64,000 nt of DNA from a bacterium (lineage in GTDB: Bacteria; SAR324; NAC60-12): contig CBDDTI010000408.1 in NCBI GenBank assembly GCA_965233585.1, positions 1-64,000 of the forward strand, given 5' to 3'. Of the stretch, positions 59,307 through 64,000 are shown piece after piece (the stretch's first letter is position 1; the number at the start of each line of letters is the position of its first letter). Below the pieces are notes generated by a model. The model was not told the origin of the DNA. It made no database searches and was given only the letters and a program-made list of their open reading frames with translations. A program made the translations under genes and the position numbers.

Positions 59307-59669
59307 TCAATCATTGTATGGATCGTAATTATTGAAAGTATTACTGTCAAAAAATACCTTGCTACTATGAGTTGGCAACTTTGCTTTTTGAATTTTTCTT
59401 TTAAAAAGATCATCGGGTGATTGCTCCATGTCTTGAAATAAATCATTTGAAATTGTGGTTGGATGAAGGACTTTCATATCATAATATGGTCTTGCAACAG
59501 TTATGCCAGTCATCAAAATGGATGTCAAGCCTTCTTCAGTTTTTAATTGCCTTTTGTTAACCTCCAAAATAATGTCATTCTTTTTTAAACCTGTATGTGG
59601 GTCATCCTGCGTAATGAAATTGCCCTGCCTTAGAAGATCATTGATGTGACACAGAATTGGAATCACCAT
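59307..59669 (-). CDS. PDZ-like domain-containing ORF/exon
   Basis: In-frame upstream KVYLAKI, then GLKKNDIILEVNKRQLKTEEGLTSILMTGITVARP, resembling PDZ betaD-alphaB-betaF (GLxxGDxILEVN). No N-terminal GLGF loop is visible. Confidence 0.5.
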   Translation of the reverse strand: MVIPILCHINDLLRQGNFITQDDPHTGLKKNDIILEVNKRQLKTEEGLTSILMTGITVARPYYDMKVLHPTTISNDLFQDMEQSPDDLFKRKIQKAKLPTHSSKVFFDSNTFNNYDPYND

Positions 59670-60928
59670 TATTTTTGCTAAATAAACCTTGTCACCCCAT
59701 CTGTAATACCTTTCGCATCATCTCTTTCTATTTTTTTTTTTTTTTTTTTTTAGTATATGCTATGTATAGCTATGTATATGCTATGTATAGCATAGTATAT
59801 ATATTTTTTACTTTCACTGGCAAAAAAGCAGATTCATGCCGTCCTCTTCATATTATGCACAGAAATGTTTTTCTGCTATCTTGGTGTGGAAAACTGGAAA
59901 CTGCTGCACCCGATGACAGCCAGTAAGCAACAAATCAAGGCATAGTGTTTTCACTTTACATTGATCACAGGAATTTTCAATACAAAACTTTAGTCCCATT
60001 GATGAACTATCAAAATTGCAAGTGCTCATCAAAAAGCTTTCTGTACTTTAGTAAAATAATTTGTAATTGTAATTTACAAGATTTATTAAAAGGAAATATT
60101 TAATAGGAGGATTAAAAGGAGACATTTAATAACATCATAAAAACATGGGGAAATGCTGAAATATGCCGGATTTTCCAACAAAAATGCTAGAAATTTATGC
60201 TTTTATAAAGCTTCTGTTCATGGCTGAAAAACTTTAAAAAGTACCGTAGTTGAATTTGCTAGATTAAAAATACCCATAAAAACATCTTGTTTCCCCAATA
60301 GATCTGTTAAATTCATTTAGGCATATTTAAGCGCACCCATCTAACTGTAAGAAACAACAATCCAACATGTAACATAATAGCTAATCACAGTGTGTCTGAC
60401 TAATAACTTCAAAATTGTGGGTAGTAATAAAATCCACTAAAAGTGTCAAAATAATAAAGCCAATTACAAGCCCCTGGCCATTTGAGCCTTGCTACCTCTG
60501 CACTTTCATCACCAGTACCAAGAGAATAGGGAAACAATGCTAAAAATCAGGACAATATCCTAAATCTGCAAATAGGTACAAAATACTGGGGGGACTTGGT
60601 TGCATGACAAAAAATGATAAACAACAACTCGAGGGCATTTTGAAAAAGTCTGAAGCGTAAAAGAATTTTACGAAGTAATGAATGTTAATGGTGTCCAGGG
60701 TTGAGAGTGAGACCCATTGTAATAGAAATAGTAGCTTGGCTCTGAGATGGTGGTGAATGAAGTTTATCCCGTAATCTTGCAAGTTGATTGTTATTGTTAT
60801 CGTCGAAAAAGTCTTTGTAAAAGCTAAGAATCCACAAGTCATGGAACGCACAACAAACTGAGAAATTTGAAAGTGAGAAGTCTAACTGAGAACTCTAAAG
60901 TAAAACAATATATGCTTTTAAAAAAGTT

Positions 60929-61042
60929 ATGTTGCTCATTATACCCGTTATAATTGTTGCATTAAAAACAACTTCATCAGCAGCACCATTGCCACCAAGA
61001 GACAGAAGATTCCACGATGAAGATTTTTTATGGCAATCAAGG
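60929..61042 (+). CDS. Signal-peptide-encoding first exon, mirror copy
   Basis: Same 38 codons and GTAAGT donor as 50226-50339. Confidence 0.5.
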
Positions 61043-64000
61043 GTAAGTATTTTCTTCACTCTATTTAACTTGAGTATATCCCAATTGAAATGTTTCCTCT
61101 TTACTGTGAGTAATTTCTTTCATCTCCTTTTTAAATTAACCTTTCCCCCCTAAATTAGAAAAGGTTTTCAAATTTTGATGAAATCTTGATATTCTAGTTT
61201 TAGGGTTCAGTGAGAACAGATTTGACAAATTTAATTAAATATTTAATTCAGTTATTGAAATAATGGGTGGTACCATATGGTACCGCTAGGACAATACGGG
61301 TACAAAATAATTAATTTTCCTAATAAATAAACTTTTCATTTTTATATCATAATTTGATCATAGAGATAGAGATCATAAGGGACAAACAAACACACAAACA
61401 CATACACATATATACACCAGAAAAATATATATAGATAATATATTTATTATTATTATTATCACTTATTAATTATATATATAATTATATAATGGCTTATAGT
61501 CTAGAATTTACTATATATAATAATGTAAATAAAATAATAAAAATAAAATAATAAATAAATATAAATATATAAATAAATATAATAATAAATGATTACTATC
61601 AGATTCCCTTAGGATGATGTCCAATATTTCATTTGTAGTCAGTGATCTGAAAATTGTGAAGAATGAGATGCTTTGAATATTTGTACTCATATCCTCCTAA
61701 TGGTACCATATGGTACCACGAACAATAAATGTCACTGTATAGCTAAAGTTTCCTTTGCAAATGTTAAAAATACCTATAAAACTATACTAAGATGTCATTT
61801 GTTGTATATATTTGTCTAGGAAACAATGAATAAGATTGCATAGTATTGAAAAAATAACTTACTTTCTCAGCTGTGCCATCGTGAAGTACTGCCTCTGAAA
61901 ATTGACAGTCACACACACTCTCCCTGCAGCTGTGCCTGGAGGATAGTGAAGTTGTCACTTGGTAGCGGTGAAGAACACATCCTTGTCCACTAATAGAACT
62001 TGTTTCAACAAATTACAACACGTAGTTTATAACTTAGATGCATTTGTTCACCATGCATTTATGTGGTACTATACGGTACCGCTAGGAGGGAATGGGTAAA
62101 TAGTTTGGTCTTTGGTCTTATAATTAACCTTCCTAACCATTAACCTTACCATTAACCATTAACCATTAACCTATCATTAACCAAAAAAATATAAATCATT
62201 AACAAAAACTTGATACAATGAAATATGATTATACTTGAGTAGCTATGTCATTTTAGAATTGATGAAATGGCATTGGAATGGTAAATGTCTTTGGGATGGA
62301 CATTCTTTTATTTATTTATTACATTTGAAACATTTTATTAATTTCCCTAGGAATTCATCAAAGATCTGCTGACTGCACTGAGGAGGTTGGATGAAAAATT
62401 ACTCTTCCCTCATTTCTTCTCATTCTCATATCTTCCCTCATTGCCTGTTCCCTCCTTTCCCACAGTTTGATCAACTGAAACTGTCCTTACTCTCCTTTGA
62501 AAGTATGCTAAAGTCATGATACCCAAAGTAACAATCCCTGAAATTAATCATGGTAAGAAGTTAGAAACTGCTACAAACATAAATAAACCTTGTAAAAAAA
62601 TATACAAACCATGCCATACAAATTGTGCTCAATCAATTGTCGAGATTTCCCAGGCATTTTGAAATTGAGCATCCATCCTCTTCTTCACCTCAGACAGTAA
62701 AACTTGTTTCATTGCAGACACTTCATTCCAAGGGAAATTTTGGTCTTGGTCAGATATTTGGTGAGTTTTGAAATTTTAGCGAAATAGCACCTATACAATT
62801 GAAATATCACTGACAGTCATTTAATTTTTCACTATGCAGAGTAAAACTGAAACATACCCATTTTCTCGGCTTCTGGTCAACAGACAACATGTTTTCTTTC
62901 AGTGAAAGGTGAAGTTTTGTTAATGGATTTTTTCTTAGAAATTGTTGTTTTTATCAAGATAAAGAAAGGAAGTAAAAATGGTGGATGACAAAGATTTGAA
63001 TTTTTGCTGTCATCCATTTCATGCTGGAGCTGTTTACCATCAGAGAAACATAGTGAACACTGTCCAAAACCTTGTGAATGAATAACAACATATTTTTGTT
63101 TCAACATTCAATGTTGGTTACAACATAAGTGTTGTAACCTCTACGTAAGAAAAATTGCGACCTTAACAAATAGAAAATTATGAAACGCGTGTCATTGCAA
63201 TTGCATTAGTATTCTTACCTGAAATTGCTTAAGTAAGGGTCTAATTACTCTTCTAACAGACACCATGTGGAACTTTGTCCATGGTTCATCATTATTGATA
63301 TAGTGACTTGAAGCCATTCTGGACTCAGCTTTGTTCAGCATTTTTGAAGACAACATATTCATATTGGCCCATGTCTTTGAGGGGTTTAAAAGACCATCTT
63401 CCAATGTTTGTACTTCCATTTTCCATCTTAGTGATTTTGCTAAATGCTGAACCAGAACTGTCAAAAGTTTCTGAAAGGTTCATTCTATTCATTAAATTTT
63501 GAAATAGGAATAATGGAATGAGGTTTTAGGCAAGCTCGTAAAGCAAGGGAGGAGTGGTGTCACCATCGGAACAAATACTGAACTAATCTTTAAAGCAAAC
63601 CACTTCACCCTCCCTGGCACCTTGGACCAAAAACCCCTCATAATCTGCCCCGTAGATAAAGAGCACCTGCCCAGGCAACTCTTCCTATTTTTTATATTGC
63701 ATTTGCCCAGTCCAAGGCAGAAAATGTAGGTAATTCTTATAAACTTTCCATGCAATTAACATGATAACTTATTTTAGTGAAGCTAATTCTTACTTCATAT
63801 CTTTCTCCCGGAATCATGGCATTTTGAATCTTCTGGTCAAGAAGTTGTTTGCCACCAGCCGTCTTGATTTTGCCTTTGATGCTTGGGAAATTGATGCTGT
63901 ATTTGTATCCGTTTACCAAAAGTTTGCTTCAAAAATAAAGATTGTAAAAAAATGAAAGTCCTTAAACCCTCAATTCCATTTTGTAAGAAACCTTAGATAA

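Larger units (their letters stand above)
58440..64000 (-). repeat. Right arm of the large inverted duplication (runs off the window)
   Basis: Reverse-complement match to 47299-52859 with scattered SNPs and short indels. Confidence 0.97.

Overview
AT-rich, repeat-dense genomic DNA from an invertebrate animal. It is probably an arthropod (inferred from ~60-nt GT-AG introns and TTAGG-type repeats). The main feature is a young ~14.5-kb envelope-bearing Ty3/gypsy element (5502-19973). It has near-identical LTRs, a giant 1238-aa gag-like ORF1, a separate intact pol ending in an AT-hook plus three C-x2-C-x5-C-x2-H fingers, and an intact env resembling chuvirus (class III, gB-like) glycoproteins rather than the errantivirus F type. 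A candidate in-frame intron (7735-9719) could generate Gag-Pol by splicing. The element is flanked by two copies of a different, F-type env 3' end (2-886 with its own LTR; 19974-20976). A second intact, env-less Mag-like Ty3/gypsy element with a -1 frameshift lies at 25774-30152. On the minus strand, 11 symmetric phase 1-1 exons (22.2-23.4 kb and 34.2-38.1 kb) each encode one copy of an unrecognised 8-cysteine module; the ORF track largely misses them. The right third is a large inverted duplication (arms of at least 5.5 kb) containing a multi-exon membrane-protein pseudogene and a PDZ-like exon, with two smaller palindromes and a bZIP-motif-rich satellite in its spacer. MITEs, a tRNA-headed SINE, minisatellites and a TCAGG/TTAGG array fill the rest. 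All family assignments come from motif recognition by eye; no database searches were run.
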